DNA of 64,000 nucleotides from Patescibacteria group bacterium (GTDB taxonomy: Bacteria; Patescibacteriota; Patescibacteriia; SG8-24; DYFX01), in NCBI GenBank assembly GCA_030583805.1, contig CP129476.1, positions 1,094,657 to 1,158,656 of the forward strand. Reading direction: 5' to 3'. Of the stretch, positions 18,400 through 27,875 are shown piece by piece. Each line of letters begins with the position of its first letter. Within the stretch, counting starts at the first letter, position 1. The notes under the pieces were generated by a model. The model searched no databases. It had not been told where the DNA came from and was given only the letters and a program-made list of their open reading frames with translations. Made by a program: the position numbers and the translations under genes.

Positions 18400-19484
18400 T
18401 CTTCGTCGGAATCACCACCGGCACCAAAGGTGCCCGCCCGGTCGGCCTCGTGGAGCGCGCGCATGATCTCGTCCAAGCCTCCGGCCAGGATCGCCGGCAT
18501 GCCGTGCCAGGACTGCTTGATGCGGTGGTCGGTCACGCGGTCTTGCGGGAAGTTGTAGGTGCGGATTTTTTCGGAACGCTCGCCGGTGCCGATCTGGCCT
18601 TGCCGCAAATCGGTGCGGGCCTTCCGGCGCTTTTCTTCTTCAAGAGCGAACAGGCGCGCGCGAAGCACGGCCATCGCTTTCTCGCGGTTCTGGATCTGGC
18701 TGCGTTCGTCCTGGCAGGCGACGATCATGCCGGTCGGGAGATAGGTGATGCGCACGGCCGAGTAGGTCGTCTGCACGCCCTGGCCGCCGTTGCCGCCGGA
18801 GAGGAACGTGTCGATACGGAGATCCTTCGGATCGATCTTGATGTCGATCTCCTCCGCTTCCGGCAGCGCGGCGACGGTGACGGTCGACGTGTGCACGCGC
18901 CCGGCCTTTTCGGTTTCGGGAACGCGCTGGACGCGGTGCACGCCGGACTCGTATTTCATTTGGCGGTAGACGTTCTTGCCTTGCACGCTGAAGACGGCTT
19001 CCTTCATGCCGCCCAGGTCGTTCAAGCTTTGCGAAATGGCCGCGACTTTCCAGCCCTGCTTTTCGGCGTAGCGGACGTACATGCGGAAGAGTTCCGCCGC
19101 GAAGAGCGCCGCTTCGTCGCCGCCGACGCCGGCGCGGATTTCGATGATCGTGTTTTTCTTGTCGAGCGGGTCGGGTTCGACCAGCGCGTCTTCGAGAGCC
19201 AAGCGCGCGGTGCCAAGCTCGCCGACGATACGCGCCGCTTCCGCTTCGGCCATCGCTTTCAGTTCCGGATCGGTTTCCGTCTTGAGCATCGCCGCCGTAT
19301 CGGCGGACTCCTTTTCCAGCGCCTCGTAACGTTCGGCGATGTCGAGCACTTCGCGCAGCTCGCTGTACTCCTGATTCAGCGCCCGCATTTTTTGGTTGTC
19401 AGAAATCACCTCCGGTTGCGACAGGAGGGTTTCGATCTCGCGGAAGCGCGCGCGCTTTTTTTCGATTTCGACGGGGACGTTCAT
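18396..19484 (-). CDS. prfA: Peptide chain release factor 1.
   Basis: GGQ motif ([12 protein letters not shown]) and RF1-type PxT region; 363 aa starting from [10 protein letters not shown] (ATG 19484). The track N-terminal extension is spurious. Confidence 0.95.
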   Translation of the reverse strand: MNVPVEIEKKRARFREIETLLSQPEVISDNQKMRALNQEYSELREVLDIAERYEALEKESADTAAMLKTETDPELKAMAEAEAARIVGELGTARLALEDALVEPDPLDKKNTIIEIRAGVGGDEAALFAAELFRMYVRYAEKQGWKVAAISQSLNDLGGMKEAVFSVQGKNVYRQMKYESGVHRVQRVPETEKAGRVHTSTVTVAALPEAEEIDIKIDPKDLRIDTFLSGGNGGQGVQTTYSAVRITYLPTGMIVACQDERSQIQNREKAMAVLRARLFALEEEKRRKARTDLRQGQIGTGERSEKIRTYNFPQDRVTDHRIKQSWHGMPAILAGGLDEIMRALHEADRAGTFGAGGDSDEE

Positions 19485-19540
19485 AGGAAGCAGTATAACG
19501 CAGATAACCAAAACCCCGCTTCGGGCGGGGTTCGGCGAAG

Positions 19541-19825
19541 CTACTTCGAGGCTTTGGCAGCCTTCTGAGCGACGCGCTTGGCGGTACGGGCCTTCTTGCC
19601 GGTGGCCTTGGTGTCCGAGGACGGCTTCTTCGAGGTGCGCTCCTGGAACTTCTCGACGCGGCGGGACGTGTCGACCAGCTTCTGCTTGCCCGTGTAGAAC
19701 GGGTGGCAGGCGGAGCACAATTCGACAGAGAGCTCCTTGACGGTGGCTCCGGTCGTGAAGGCGTTGCCGCAGGCGCAAACGACCTTGGCTTCCGGGAAAT
19801 ATGTCGGGTGGGTGTCGGCTTTCAT
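19541..19825 (-). CDS. rpmE: 50S ribosomal protein L31.
   Basis: [28 protein letters not shown]...[12 protein letters not shown]; Cys4 zinc ribbon; ATG at 19825. Confidence 0.9.
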   Translation of the reverse strand: MKADTHPTYFPEAKVVCACGNAFTTGATVKELSVELCSACHPFYTGKQKLVDTSRRVEKFQERTSKKPSSDTKATGKKARTAKRVAQKAAKASK

Positions 19826-19939
19826 AGATTGACTACGGCGAGGACTATAGCAGGGACGCGCAGAGTTGGCAAGCCCTGGCGCTTTGGGGTTTGCGGGAAG
19901 GGGAGAAAGCCCGTAGTCTGGCTTAAGAAGGAGGCTTCC

Positions 19940-20305
19940 ATGCCGCTCCGCCTCGTCATACTGCTCGTTCTTCTTTCGGGCTGCGCTCCGCCGCCCGCTT
20001 CCGAACCTTCGCCGCCTTCCGAATCGCTCGGCGCCTGCCTCGCATCCGCCGGCGCCCGCCTCTACGGCGCGTCGTGGTGCCCGCAGTGCCACAGGCAGCT
20101 GCAGATGTTCGATCCGGAATCCGCGGACGTCCCGTATACGGATTGCGCGCCGGAAGGCACGGTCGGCTTCGTCTCCGCCTGCGAGCAAGGCGGCGTCCCA
20201 TACGGCACGACGCTCCCAGTCTGGATCTTCGCCGACGGTACGCGTCTCTACGGCGTTCGCGATCCCTTCGAGATCGCCGCGACGGCCGGTTGCCTCTCCC
20301 CATAA
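19940..20305 (+). CDS. Thioredoxin-fold lipoprotein (CxxC).
   Basis: Lipobox LLSGC; WCPQC active-site motif; SD aagaaggagg before ATG 19940. Confidence 0.65.
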   Translation: MPLRLVILLVLLSGCAPPPASEPSPPSESLGACLASAGARLYGASWCPQCHRQLQMFDPESADVPYTDCAPEGTVGFVSACEQGGVPYGTTLPVWIFADGTRLYGVRDPFEIAATAGCLSP

Positions 20306-20331
20306 AAGGTGGAGCGGCTTTTCTTTTCGAA

Positions 20332-20365
20332 TAGAAAACGCCCGCCATCAGCGTGATGACGGGCG
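20332..20365 (-). terminator. Intrinsic terminator for the RNA ligase gene; the hairpin overlaps the stop codon.
   Basis: cgcccgccatca-gcg-tgatgacgggcg, with a T-run on the minus strand. Confidence 0.5.
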
Positions 20366-21460
20366 AGCGGCGCGATCGAAATCGCGGACGAGCTTGTACC
20401 AGTTCGGTTCCTTGTGATCGAAGAGCATGAACACGGCTCCGTGGAGTTCCTTCCGCACGTTGTATCGCAGCCATGACGCGAAGGTCTTGCGATCCTCGGT
20501 GAACGGGCCGCAGAACAACGCGGACTCCGCCTCGACGCAGAGCGCCCGCGCCTTGGCGTCGATCTCCGCGACGATGCGGTCCGCTTCGATGCGGGCCTCT
20601 TCGTTCGCATCGGCGACGAGCTTCAGGTACGCCGGCTTGCCGCCCGCGACCAGCGTGTCGAGGATGTTGGGCGCGGAGATGCCCCACGTGCTCCGGCTCC
20701 GGGCGCAGTAGGCGTGCCCCTTCACCTTCACGCGCAGGCCGTTCGCGAACAGGAGGACGAATCCTTCCTGATCCGCCGGCAGCGCCTTGGCCGCCGCGTA
20801 CGCCTCCTCAAACGAGGAGAACGCATACGTCTTCGGCAGCCGCGCGCCGATCGCCTTCGCGACCTCGACGACCGTGTTCCATGGAAGCTCTTCGCCGGTG
20901 ACCCGGTGACGGAGTCCGAGGAGCACGAGTCCTTCGTAGTCGTAGGTGATGACTGAGAGCGCGACGTCTCCCGCCGTCTCGTGCTGCTTCGGGTACACGA
21001 TCTCGAAGATCGGGGTGTAGCCCTCGGGCAGCGCTTCGAGCCGGAGCTTGCGCAGCATTTCGGTACCGCGCAGCGCCTGCGGGGTGTCGAAGCTGCCGCG
21101 CGTCGCGATCCAGGCTTCACCGTGCTCGTCGCGGTACATCATGCCGAACGTGCCGTCGACCTTCTCGAACGCCGTGAACGGCAGGTCGGGAAGATCTTCG
21201 AACTTCGTCGACGTGGGATGGTTCCCGACGTTCGAGAACTTGTCGAAGCCGCGTGCCGCCACCGACCAGTCGCGCGTGTCGACGATCAGGCCGCGGCAGA
21301 CGCTCGTGACGTCGTCCCACGCGGCGCGCTTCTGGCAGTCCTGGTTGTAGTTCAGGAGGACGAAGGGGCCGCGGCGCTTCACGATGACGAGGTGGCCGTA
21401 GGCTTCTTGGAAGAGCGGTTCGTTCTGGAGAACGCGGATGAGCTGTTCGAGTCCGGTCAT
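20348..21460 (-). CDS. ATP-dependent RNA ligase (Rnl2/REL-like covalent nucleotidyltransferase), 370 aa.
   Basis: NTase motif I (FEKVDGTFG), motif IV (QEGFVLL) and motif V (LRVKVKG). ATG at 21460 with a ggagg SD. Codon usage looks atypical: AAG only, very high GC3. Confidence 0.7.
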   Translation of the reverse strand: MTGLEQLIRVLQNEPLFQEAYGHLVIVKRRGPFVLLNYNQDCQKRAAWDDVTSVCRGLIVDTRDWSVAARGFDKFSNVGNHPTSTKFEDLPDLPFTAFEKVDGTFGMMYRDEHGEAWIATRGSFDTPQALRGTEMLRKLRLEALPEGYTPIFEIVYPKQHETAGDVALSVITYDYEGLVLLGLRHRVTGEELPWNTVVEVAKAIGARLPKTYAFSSFEEAYAAAKALPADQEGFVLLFANGLRVKVKGHAYCARSRSTWGISAPNILDTLVAGGKPAYLKLVADANEEARIEADRIVAEIDAKARALCVEAESALFCGPFTEDRKTFASWLRYNVRKELHGAVFMLFDHKEPNWYKLVRDFDRAARPSSR

Positions 21461-21572
21461 GGTGCCTCCGTTCGGGCGGTTTTGGGATGGGGCGCGCGAG
21501 AAACGTCTCTCGGGAGCGCAAAGAGCGACCCGCCAAACTACCCAATTTTCGGCCAAACGTCAAGATTCCCGC

Positions 21573-21601
21573 TTGACAGGCGGCGGGAACCCCTTTATAG
21601 T
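21573..21601 (+). promoter_or_regulatory. Sigma70-like promoter for rpsB (TTGACA, 17 nt, TATAGT), followed by a leader of about 100 nt.
   Basis: Consensus hexamers with 17-nt spacing, read directly from the sequence. Confidence 0.55.
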
Positions 21602-21704
21602 GCGCCCATTATTAACCTCACATTCCCGACAACACTCCTGGGCGCTTCCATCCTCTGGATACGGAAGTCCCGGCCGGGAAGGTGATAAAAGGAGTTTTCT
21701 CTCT

Positions 21705-22469
21705 ATGTACGAGATCCCCGATCTTCTTGAGTTTCTCAAGACGGGCGCCCACTTCGGCCACCAGGTTTCGAAGTGGCACCCGAAAATGAAGCCGTTCCTC
21801 TTCGGTTCCCGGAACGGCATCCATATCATCGACCTGGAACAGACCGTCTTGAAGTTGAAGGAAGCGCTCGACGCCGCGCGCGACATGACCGCCAAGGGCG
21901 GCACGATCGTGTTCCTCGGCACCAAGCGCCAGGCCGCGCCGATCGTCGAGAAGTACGCCAAGGCCTGCGGCGCGCCGTACATCACGACCCGCTGGCTCGG
22001 CGGCACCTTCACGAACTTCCCGGAACTCTCGAAGCTCATCAAGAAGCTGAACGAGTACCGCACGAAGCGCGACACCGGCGGCTTCGACAAGTACACCAAG
22101 AAGGAGCGCGTCGTCATCGATCGCGAGATCGAAGACATGGAGCGCAAGGTCGGCGGCATCGCCACCCTCACCAAGCTCCCGGAAGCGCTGTTCGTCATCG
22201 ACGCCAAGCATGAAAAGACGGCGGTCGAGGAATCGCGCGCGAAGAAGGTTCCGATCTTCTCCCTGATCGACTCCAACATCAACCCGGAAGACATTACCTA
22301 CGGTATTCCGGCCAACGACGACGCCGTGAAGTCCATTGAACTCTTCACGCGCCTCTTCTCCGAAGCCGTGGCCGAAGGCCGCAAGCTCCGCGAGAAGGAC
22401 ATGGCCGTGAAGAAGGCTGAAGCCGTCAAAGCGGAATCGGCCGAACCGGCCCGCGTCATCACCGCGTAA
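21705..22469 (+). CDS. rpsB: 30S ribosomal protein S2.
   Basis: MYEIPDLLEFLKTGAHFGHQVSKWHPKMKPF...; SD aaaaggag; ATG at 21705. Confidence 0.95.
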   Translation: MYEIPDLLEFLKTGAHFGHQVSKWHPKMKPFLFGSRNGIHIIDLEQTVLKLKEALDAARDMTAKGGTIVFLGTKRQAAPIVEKYAKACGAPYITTRWLGGTFTNFPELSKLIKKLNEYRTKRDTGGFDKYTKKERVVIDREIEDMERKVGGIATLTKLPEALFVIDAKHEKTAVEESRAKKVPIFSLIDSNINPEDITYGIPANDDAVKSIELFTRLFSEAVAEGRKLREKDMAVKKAEAVKAESAEPARVITA

Positions 22470-22517
22470 GACGCCGCGCCTCGCGCGCCGCATCCATTCG
22501 TTCTTCAACCAACTACT

Positions 22518-23126
22518 ATGATCGACGCCAAAACCGTTTCCGAACTTCGCGCCATGACCGGCGCCGGCATCGTCGAGTGCAAGAAAGCGCTCGAGGAAGC
22601 GAACGGCGACCTCGCCGCGGCCGCCGAGCTGCTGCGCAAGAAGGGTATCGCCAAGGCCGGATCGAAATCGGATCGCAACACCTCCGAAGGGCTCGTCTAC
22701 GCCTACGTGCACGGCAACGGCAAAGTCGGCGCGATGGTCGAAGTCCTGTGCGAAACCGACTTCGTCGCCCGCACCGACGGTTTCAAGGAACTGTGCCACG
22801 AGCTCGCGCTCCAGGTCGCAGCCATGAATCCGCTCTACGTGTCGAAAGACGCGATTCCGCCGGAAGTCACCGAAAAGGAAAAATCGATCTACGCCGAGGA
22901 GTTTGCCGGATCGAGCAAGCCTGCCGAGGTCGTCGAAAAGATTCTCGAAGGCAAGCTCTCCAAGTGGCATTCCGAGGTGTGCCTCCTGAACCAGGCCTTC
23001 ATCAAAGATGAAGACAAGACAATCGAGGACGTCGTCAAAGAGACGATCTCCAAGTGCGGAGAAAACATCCAGATCAAGCGCTTCACGCGCTTCGCGATGG
23101 AGTCCACGACGCAAGTCCCTGGCTAA
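22518..23126 (+). CDS. tsf: Elongation factor Ts (short ~200-aa form).
   Basis: N-terminal UBA-like TVSELRAMTGAGIVECKKALEEANGDL. It lies immediately downstream of rpsB. Confidence 0.9.
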   Translation: MIDAKTVSELRAMTGAGIVECKKALEEANGDLAAAAELLRKKGIAKAGSKSDRNTSEGLVYAYVHGNGKVGAMVEVLCETDFVARTDGFKELCHELALQVAAMNPLYVSKDAIPPEVTEKEKSIYAEEFAGSSKPAEVVEKILEGKLSKWHSEVCLLNQAFIKDEDKTIEDVVKETISKCGENIQIKRFTRFAMESTTQVPG

Positions 23127-23182
23127 CGCAACGCGCAGAAAATCCCGACCTGCTCGGGCTTTCTGCACGATGCTCGCCCAAC

Positions 23183-23212
23183 AAAAACCGCCCACAAGGG
23201 CGGTTTTTCGTT
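23183..23212 (+). terminator. Intrinsic terminator after tsf (accgccc-acaa-gggcggt + TTTTT). A weaker hairpin lies just upstream.
   Basis: Hairpin and T-run visible. Confidence 0.65.
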
Positions 23213-23251
23213 TCATGGTAGGGTAGAGAGACATGTGCAAAGGAGGTTGCG

Positions 23252-23914
23252 ATGCACGTGCGATACCTGACGCTTCTCGCATTCGCGGTCGTTCTCAGCT
23301 GCGGCACCCGTCCGAACAGGATCAATGCGGCAAAGCCGGATGCGGATGATCCGCTGAGGGTCGTTCGGGTCTGGGTCAAGGAAGACGCGCGCATGCCCAA
23401 GGAGGACGTGCTGCGCGGTTGCCGGGAATGGCGGATGAAGAACGTGCTCTGTCTCGAGGTCGACGATCGGGATGACGCCGATATCCGCGTCACGGCCGAT
23501 GACGGCCAGTGCGTCGAGCGTGACGCGAAAACCGGCGCGGTCACGCGCAGGATTCTGGCCTGGGCGTACCCGAACGGCGACGTCACGATGATGGCGAAGT
23601 GCATGACGAAGACGCCGGAAGGAACGTTTCAAGCGCACCAGCTGGCCGGCGTCGCCACGCACGAAGTCGGCCATGAGCTCGGTATTTGGGATCATGTGCC
23701 GGAGACTTGCGACGGCGAGAAGGTTCTGGTGCATGCTGGCACCGGCAAAAAGATCTGCGGCTCCGCCGTGATGAATCCGGCGTACGATCCCAAGGTCGTC
23801 GTCGTGACCGTCATCGACGGCCTGGCCTACGACGCGGCCGACCCGTCTCGCGTGCCGGAAACCGGCAGTGCCGAACGGTCCGCCGTCTGCGTCTATGCGC
23901 GCTACGGCCCATGA
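23252..23914 (+). CDS. Metzincin (matrixin-like) zinc metalloprotease lipoprotein.
   Basis: Lipobox VLSCG; extended zinc motif HEVGHELGIWDH (HExxHxxGxxH) followed by a Met-turn (AVMNPAY). SD aaaggagg. Confidence 0.7.
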   Translation: MHVRYLTLLAFAVVLSCGTRPNRINAAKPDADDPLRVVRVWVKEDARMPKEDVLRGCREWRMKNVLCLEVDDRDDADIRVTADDGQCVERDAKTGAVTRRILAWAYPNGDVTMMAKCMTKTPEGTFQAHQLAGVATHEVGHELGIWDHVPETCDGEKVLVHAGTGKKICGSAVMNPAYDPKVVVVTVIDGLAYDAADPSRVPETGSAERSAVCVYARYGP

Positions 23915-23975
23915 ACGTCACGACACCTGGACTCCCGGGTGTTTTTATGAACTTCACGCGGCAGGTCATGTCTCC

Positions 23976-23981
23976 TATACT
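23976..23981 (+). promoter_or_regulatory. -10 element TATACT 8 nt upstream of ATG 23990; a leaderless-type promoter.
   Basis: No SD. A terminator hairpin lies just upstream (23928-23952). Confidence 0.4.
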
Positions 23982-23989
23982 GTGAGCGT

Positions 23990-24574
23990 ATGTCTCTGTG
24001 GAGGGTGAAACATGCGTTGTCTCCGTCCGTTGAAGCCGCGCTCATCAGCGTCGTTGTCGCGTACGGGCTTTTCGTCGTTTGGTATGCGTCGCTTTCGCCG
24101 CTCGCCGTGCCCATGACGGCGGTTCTGGCGACGGTGCCGCAGCCCGTGTCGCTCGACACCGATGAATGGACGCGTCGCGACGAGCCGTCACGCGGCTTCG
24201 CTTTCGCGCTGCCGGTCGGCTGGCTCGTCGATGATACTGATCCGTCGCACGTCCGTCTCGGCCGTTCCGTCCGGGAGCTGGCAACAGCGGCCGCGGCCAA
24301 CGAAGGTATCTTGATGGAAACAGTTCCGCTCGGCGCGCGCGAGGAAATCGCCAATCTCGTTGCCGAAGATTTTGCCGGTACGCGCCCGGCGCTCTACGAC
24401 GTGTACGTCGACGGCCGCCACGCTCTGTTCGTGCTGACCTTCGAAAGGAACCGCGTGCGCCGGCAGGCCGTGTACGTTCCGATGGGCGAGGAAGCTCTCG
24501 TCATCCGCGCGGCGACGACCGATCCCGCCGTCTTCGCCACGTTCGTCTCTACCATTAAATTCTACAAGCCATGA
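23990..24574 (+). CDS. Hypothetical membrane-anchored protein, 194 aa; first gene of the glycolytic operon.
   Basis: N-terminal TM helix. ATGA overlap with the gap start. Confidence 0.5.
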   Translation: MSLWRVKHALSPSVEAALISVVVAYGLFVVWYASLSPLAVPMTAVLATVPQPVSLDTDEWTRRDEPSRGFAFALPVGWLVDDTDPSHVRLGRSVRELATAAAANEGILMETVPLGAREEIANLVAEDFAGTRPALYDVYVDGRHALFVLTFERNRVRRQAVYVPMGEEALVIRAATTDPAVFATFVSTIKFYKP

Positions 24575-25581
24575 TTCGCGTCGCCATCAACGGTTTCGGT
24601 CGCATCGGTCGCAACACCTTCAAAGCCGGATTCGGACGCCTGAAAGACATCGAGTTCGTCGCCGTCAACGATCTGACGGACACGAAAACGCTGGCGCATC
24701 TTTTGAAGCATGATACGAGCTACGGCACGTACGAGCGCGAAGTTTCCTACGACGAGAAGCACGTCATCGTCGACGGCAAGAAGATTCTCGTGATCGCCGA
24801 AAAGGATCCGACGAAGCTTCCGTGGAAGGATTTGAAAATCGACGTCGTGCTCGAGTCGACCGGACGCTTCACCGACGAAGCGGGCGCCTCGCAGCATCTC
24901 ACGGCTGGCGCCAAGCGCGTCATTATTTCGGCGCCCGCCAAAGGCGGCAACGTGCCGACGTACGTGCTCGGCGTGAACGGCGAAACGTACGACAAGGAGC
25001 ATGCCGTCATTAACAACGCTTCGTGCACCACGAACTGCATCGCCCCGGTCGCAGCCGTCATGACCGAAGCCTTCGGCGTGAAAAAGGCGATGATGACTAC
25101 GATCCACAGCTACACGGCCGATCAAAACCTGCAGGACGGGCCGCACAAGGATCTGCGCCGCGCCCGCGCCGCCGCCGTCAATATGGTGCCGACCTCGACG
25201 GGCGCCGCCATTGCCGTCACCGAAACGCTTCCTGAATTGAAAGGCCTGTTCGACGGCCTCTCGATCCGCGTCCCTACGGCGGTCGTCTCGCTCGCGGACT
25301 TTACCTTCGTGATCGACAAAGCGACGACGGTTGAAGAAGTGAACCTCGCGCTCAAGAAAGCGTGCACCAGCAGCCGGTTCAAAGGGGTTATGACCTGCAC
25401 CGACGAAGAACTCGTGTCCTCCGACTTCATCAAGAATCCACATTCGGCCATCATCGATCTCGGCCTGACGCAGGTCGTTGACGGTGATCTCGTCAAAGTC
25501 GTCGCCTGGTACGACAACGAATGGGGTTATTCGAACCGCCTGATCGAAATGGCGGAACGCGTCGGCAAGGCGATCAGGTAA
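24571..25581 (+). CDS. gap: Glyceraldehyde-3-phosphate dehydrogenase.
   Basis: NGFGRIGR Rossmann motif and the catalytic SCTTNC. Confidence 0.95.
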   Translation: MIRVAINGFGRIGRNTFKAGFGRLKDIEFVAVNDLTDTKTLAHLLKHDTSYGTYEREVSYDEKHVIVDGKKILVIAEKDPTKLPWKDLKIDVVLESTGRFTDEAGASQHLTAGAKRVIISAPAKGGNVPTYVLGVNGETYDKEHAVINNASCTTNCIAPVAAVMTEAFGVKKAMMTTIHSYTADQNLQDGPHKDLRRARAAAVNMVPTSTGAAIAVTETLPELKGLFDGLSIRVPTAVVSLADFTFVIDKATTVEEVNLALKKACTSSRFKGVMTCTDEELVSSDFIKNPHSAIIDLGLTQVVDGDLVKVVAWYDNEWGYSNRLIEMAERVGKAIR

Positions 25582-26519
25582 TGCCGGGCAAGTACTCCAA
25601 GCCGGTCTACGTCCTCGATCTTCCGTGGCAGATCTTTGATCTTGCCATTGTCAGCGCGTTGGCATTTTTTTCGGCGGCTTTTTTCTGGAGCCGATCGGTT
25701 GAAGGATCGTTCGGAATCCTGGTGATGCTCGCAAGCGCCGCCGGTTTTGCGACGATCTTCTACGGTTCGTTCATCGAGCCGCGCCGTTTGCGCGTCCGCC
25801 GCTATTCCGTAGGAGCGGGGGAGCGCAGTCTTACCGTCGCGTTCCTCTCCGATATCCACGTCGGCCCTTATAAAGGAAGGTCGTGGGTGCGGCACGTCGC
25901 GCGGAAAACGCAAGCGCTGAAGCCGGACGTACTTCTTCTCGGCGGCGACTTTCTTTATGAAAAAGCGGAAGCGTTGCCGCATCTCGCGCCGCTCAAGGAC
26001 ATGCGCGCGCCGCTCGGCGTCTACGCGATTCTCGGCAATCACGACGAATGGAAATCGCGCACCGAAGCGCTGGCGTGGTTCGAGGCCTCAGGCATTCCGC
26101 TGCTTCATAATCGCTCCGCGCGGGTTGAAAAAGACGGCGCGTCGGTCGTGATCGCCGGTGCGGAGGATGATTGGTATGGCGAGACCGACCTGGCGGCGGC
26201 ATTGCGCGATGTCGGCATGGCGGATCTCTCGCTCGTCATGCTGCACAATCCCGACCTGGCGCATCCGTCCGCCGCGCTTCTTCAGGCGCGTTCCGGGAAA
26301 ACGGTCTTTTTCTCGGGCCACACCCACGGCGGACAAATCCGCCTGCCGTTCGTCGGCTCGGTCATGCGCTTGCCGCATTATCTGGGTCGCCGCTATGACC
26401 GCGGCGTCTTTTCCTTCGACGGCGTGCCCCTGGTTCTCGGCGCCGGCCTCGGCGAATCCGGCCCCCGCGCCCGCCTGTTTTGCCCGCCGGAGATCGTACT
26501 GGTTACGGTACGCTTCTGA
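25581..26519 (+). CDS. Membrane-anchored calcineurin-like metallophosphoesterase.
   Basis: Two N-terminal TM helices; motifs DIHVG, GGDFL, GNHD, GHTHGG. TAATG overlap with the gap stop. Confidence 0.75.
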   Translation: MPGKYSKPVYVLDLPWQIFDLAIVSALAFFSAAFFWSRSVEGSFGILVMLASAAGFATIFYGSFIEPRRLRVRRYSVGAGERSLTVAFLSDIHVGPYKGRSWVRHVARKTQALKPDVLLLGGDFLYEKAEALPHLAPLKDMRAPLGVYAILGNHDEWKSRTEALAWFEASGIPLLHNRSARVEKDGASVVIAGAEDDWYGETDLAAALRDVGMADLSLVMLHNPDLAHPSAALLQARSGKTVFFSGHTHGGQIRLPFVGSVMRLPHYLGRRYDRGVFSFDGVPLVLGAGLGESGPRARLFCPPEIVLVTVRF

Positions 26520-26544
26520 ACACATCCACGGTTTCTTTTCGTGG

Positions 26545-26550
26545 TATACT
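26545..26550 (+). promoter_or_regulatory. Extended -10 (TGgTATACT) 8 nt upstream of the NDH-2 ATG; a possible internal leaderless promoter.
   Basis: Sequence tcgTGgTATACTctcgatatATG. Confidence 0.35.
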
Positions 26551-26558
26551 CTCGATAT

Positions 26559-27875
26559 ATGGCAACGCCTCAACGCTGCGAACGTATTGTGATTCTTGGC
26601 GCCGGTTTCGGCGGTTTGACGACGGCCGTGCAATTGGCGAAACGTCTTGGCAAGCGCGAAGGCTGCGAGATCGTCGTCGTCGATAAGTGCACGCACCACC
26701 TGTACCGCCCTTGGCTGTATGAAGTCGCGACAGGCAACGCGCCGGAAGAGCGCCTGAAATCCGGTGTCGCCACGCCGTACGAAGATTTGCGCACGCATCT
26801 CTCCGGCCTCGGCGTGAAAGTGGAGTACCAGGAAGTCATCGGCGTCGATTGGGAAACCAAATCGGTCAAGCTCTGCGACGACCGCGGTTTGCCGTTCGAC
26901 CATCTCGTGGTCGCGCTCGGCGCCTCGCCGGACTTTTACGGCATCGAAGGACTCGAGCAGCATGCCGTTCCGATGTACAGCCTGCAGAACGCGCTCGTCG
27001 TGCAGCGCAAACTCGTGCATCTCGTCGAACAGAAACGCCGCAACGAGATTCCGTTCATCCGCATCCTGATCGGCGGCGCCGGCCCGACCGGCGTCGAGTT
27101 CGCGTGCGAAGCGGCGCAGTTCATGAAAACGCAAGTGCGAAAAAAGATGCTTGGCGCGAGCGAGTACTCGATCGAGCTTGTCGAGGCGTCGCCGCGCCCG
27201 TTGCAGGCGCTTCATCCGCAGTTGTCCGCTTGGGCCAAGACGCGTCTTGAGAAGCTCGGCGTGAAACTGTTGCTCGACGCCTGCATCAAGGGCGCGCACA
27301 AGGACCACGTCGTCTTGGCGCCGCGTCCGCTCAAGCCGGGCGAGACGATGGATATGCTCGTCTGCGATTTCAAAAACGAGAACCAGAAGGAAGTCACGAC
27401 CGACCTTCTCGTTTGGTGCGGCGGTTTCCGCGCCAACCCCATCATGAAGAATCTCGGAGTGACGCTGAATGAACGCGGCAAGATCGAGGTCGATGACACG
27501 ATGCAGGTCAGGAACATGCCCGGCGCTTGGGCTGTCGGGGATTGCATCGCGCTTTTCGATCCGTCCGCAAAACGGCCCGTGCCGCAGCTTGCGCAGGGCG
27601 CGATTCACCAAGCAGAACTCGCCGCCGAGAATATCGTGCGCGCGATGCGGAAGGATCCGCTCGCGCGGTACGGTTTCCCGGCCATGCACGCGCTCGTGCC
27701 GATGGGCGGCGCTTGGGGCGTCGGCGAAGTCTTCGGTATTCGTTTTAAAGGCGTCTGGGTTTGGCCCGTTCGCTTGGCCGCCGACATCCGGTATTTCCTG
27801 AGGACGCTGCCGCTCAGGAGCGCCTGGAAGCTGATCCGCGCGCCGTTGACCGTCTTTCGCCGCAACAATCTATGA
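26559..27875 (+). CDS. Type II NADH dehydrogenase (NDH-2) / FAD-dependent pyridine nucleotide-disulfide oxidoreductase.
   Basis: Two dinucleotide-binding motifs, IVILGAGFGG and ILIGGAGPTGVE; ATG at 26559. Confidence 0.8.
   Translation: MATPQRCERIVILGAGFGGLTTAVQLAKRLGKREGCEIVVVDKCTHHLYRPWLYEVATGNAPEERLKSGVATPYEDLRTHLSGLGVKVEYQEVIGVDWETKSVKLCDDRGLPFDHLVVALGASPDFYGIEGLEQHAVPMYSLQNALVVQRKLVHLVEQKRRNEIPFIRILIGGAGPTGVEFACEAAQFMKTQVRKKMLGASEYSIELVEASPRPLQALHPQLSAWAKTRLEKLGVKLLLDACIKGAHKDHVVLAPRPLKPGETMDMLVCDFKNENQKEVTTDLLVWCGGFRANPIMKNLGVTLNERGKIEVDDTMQVRNMPGAWAVGDCIALFDPSAKRPVPQLAQGAIHQAELAAENIVRAMRKDPLARYGFPAMHALVPMGGAWGVGEVFGIRFKGVWVWPVRLAADIRYFLRTLPLRSAWKLIRAPLTVFRRNNL

Noticed and set aside
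26088-27689. 533-aa minus-strand ORF.
   Set aside because: It is antisense to the NDH-2 gene, which has two Rossmann motifs on the plus strand.
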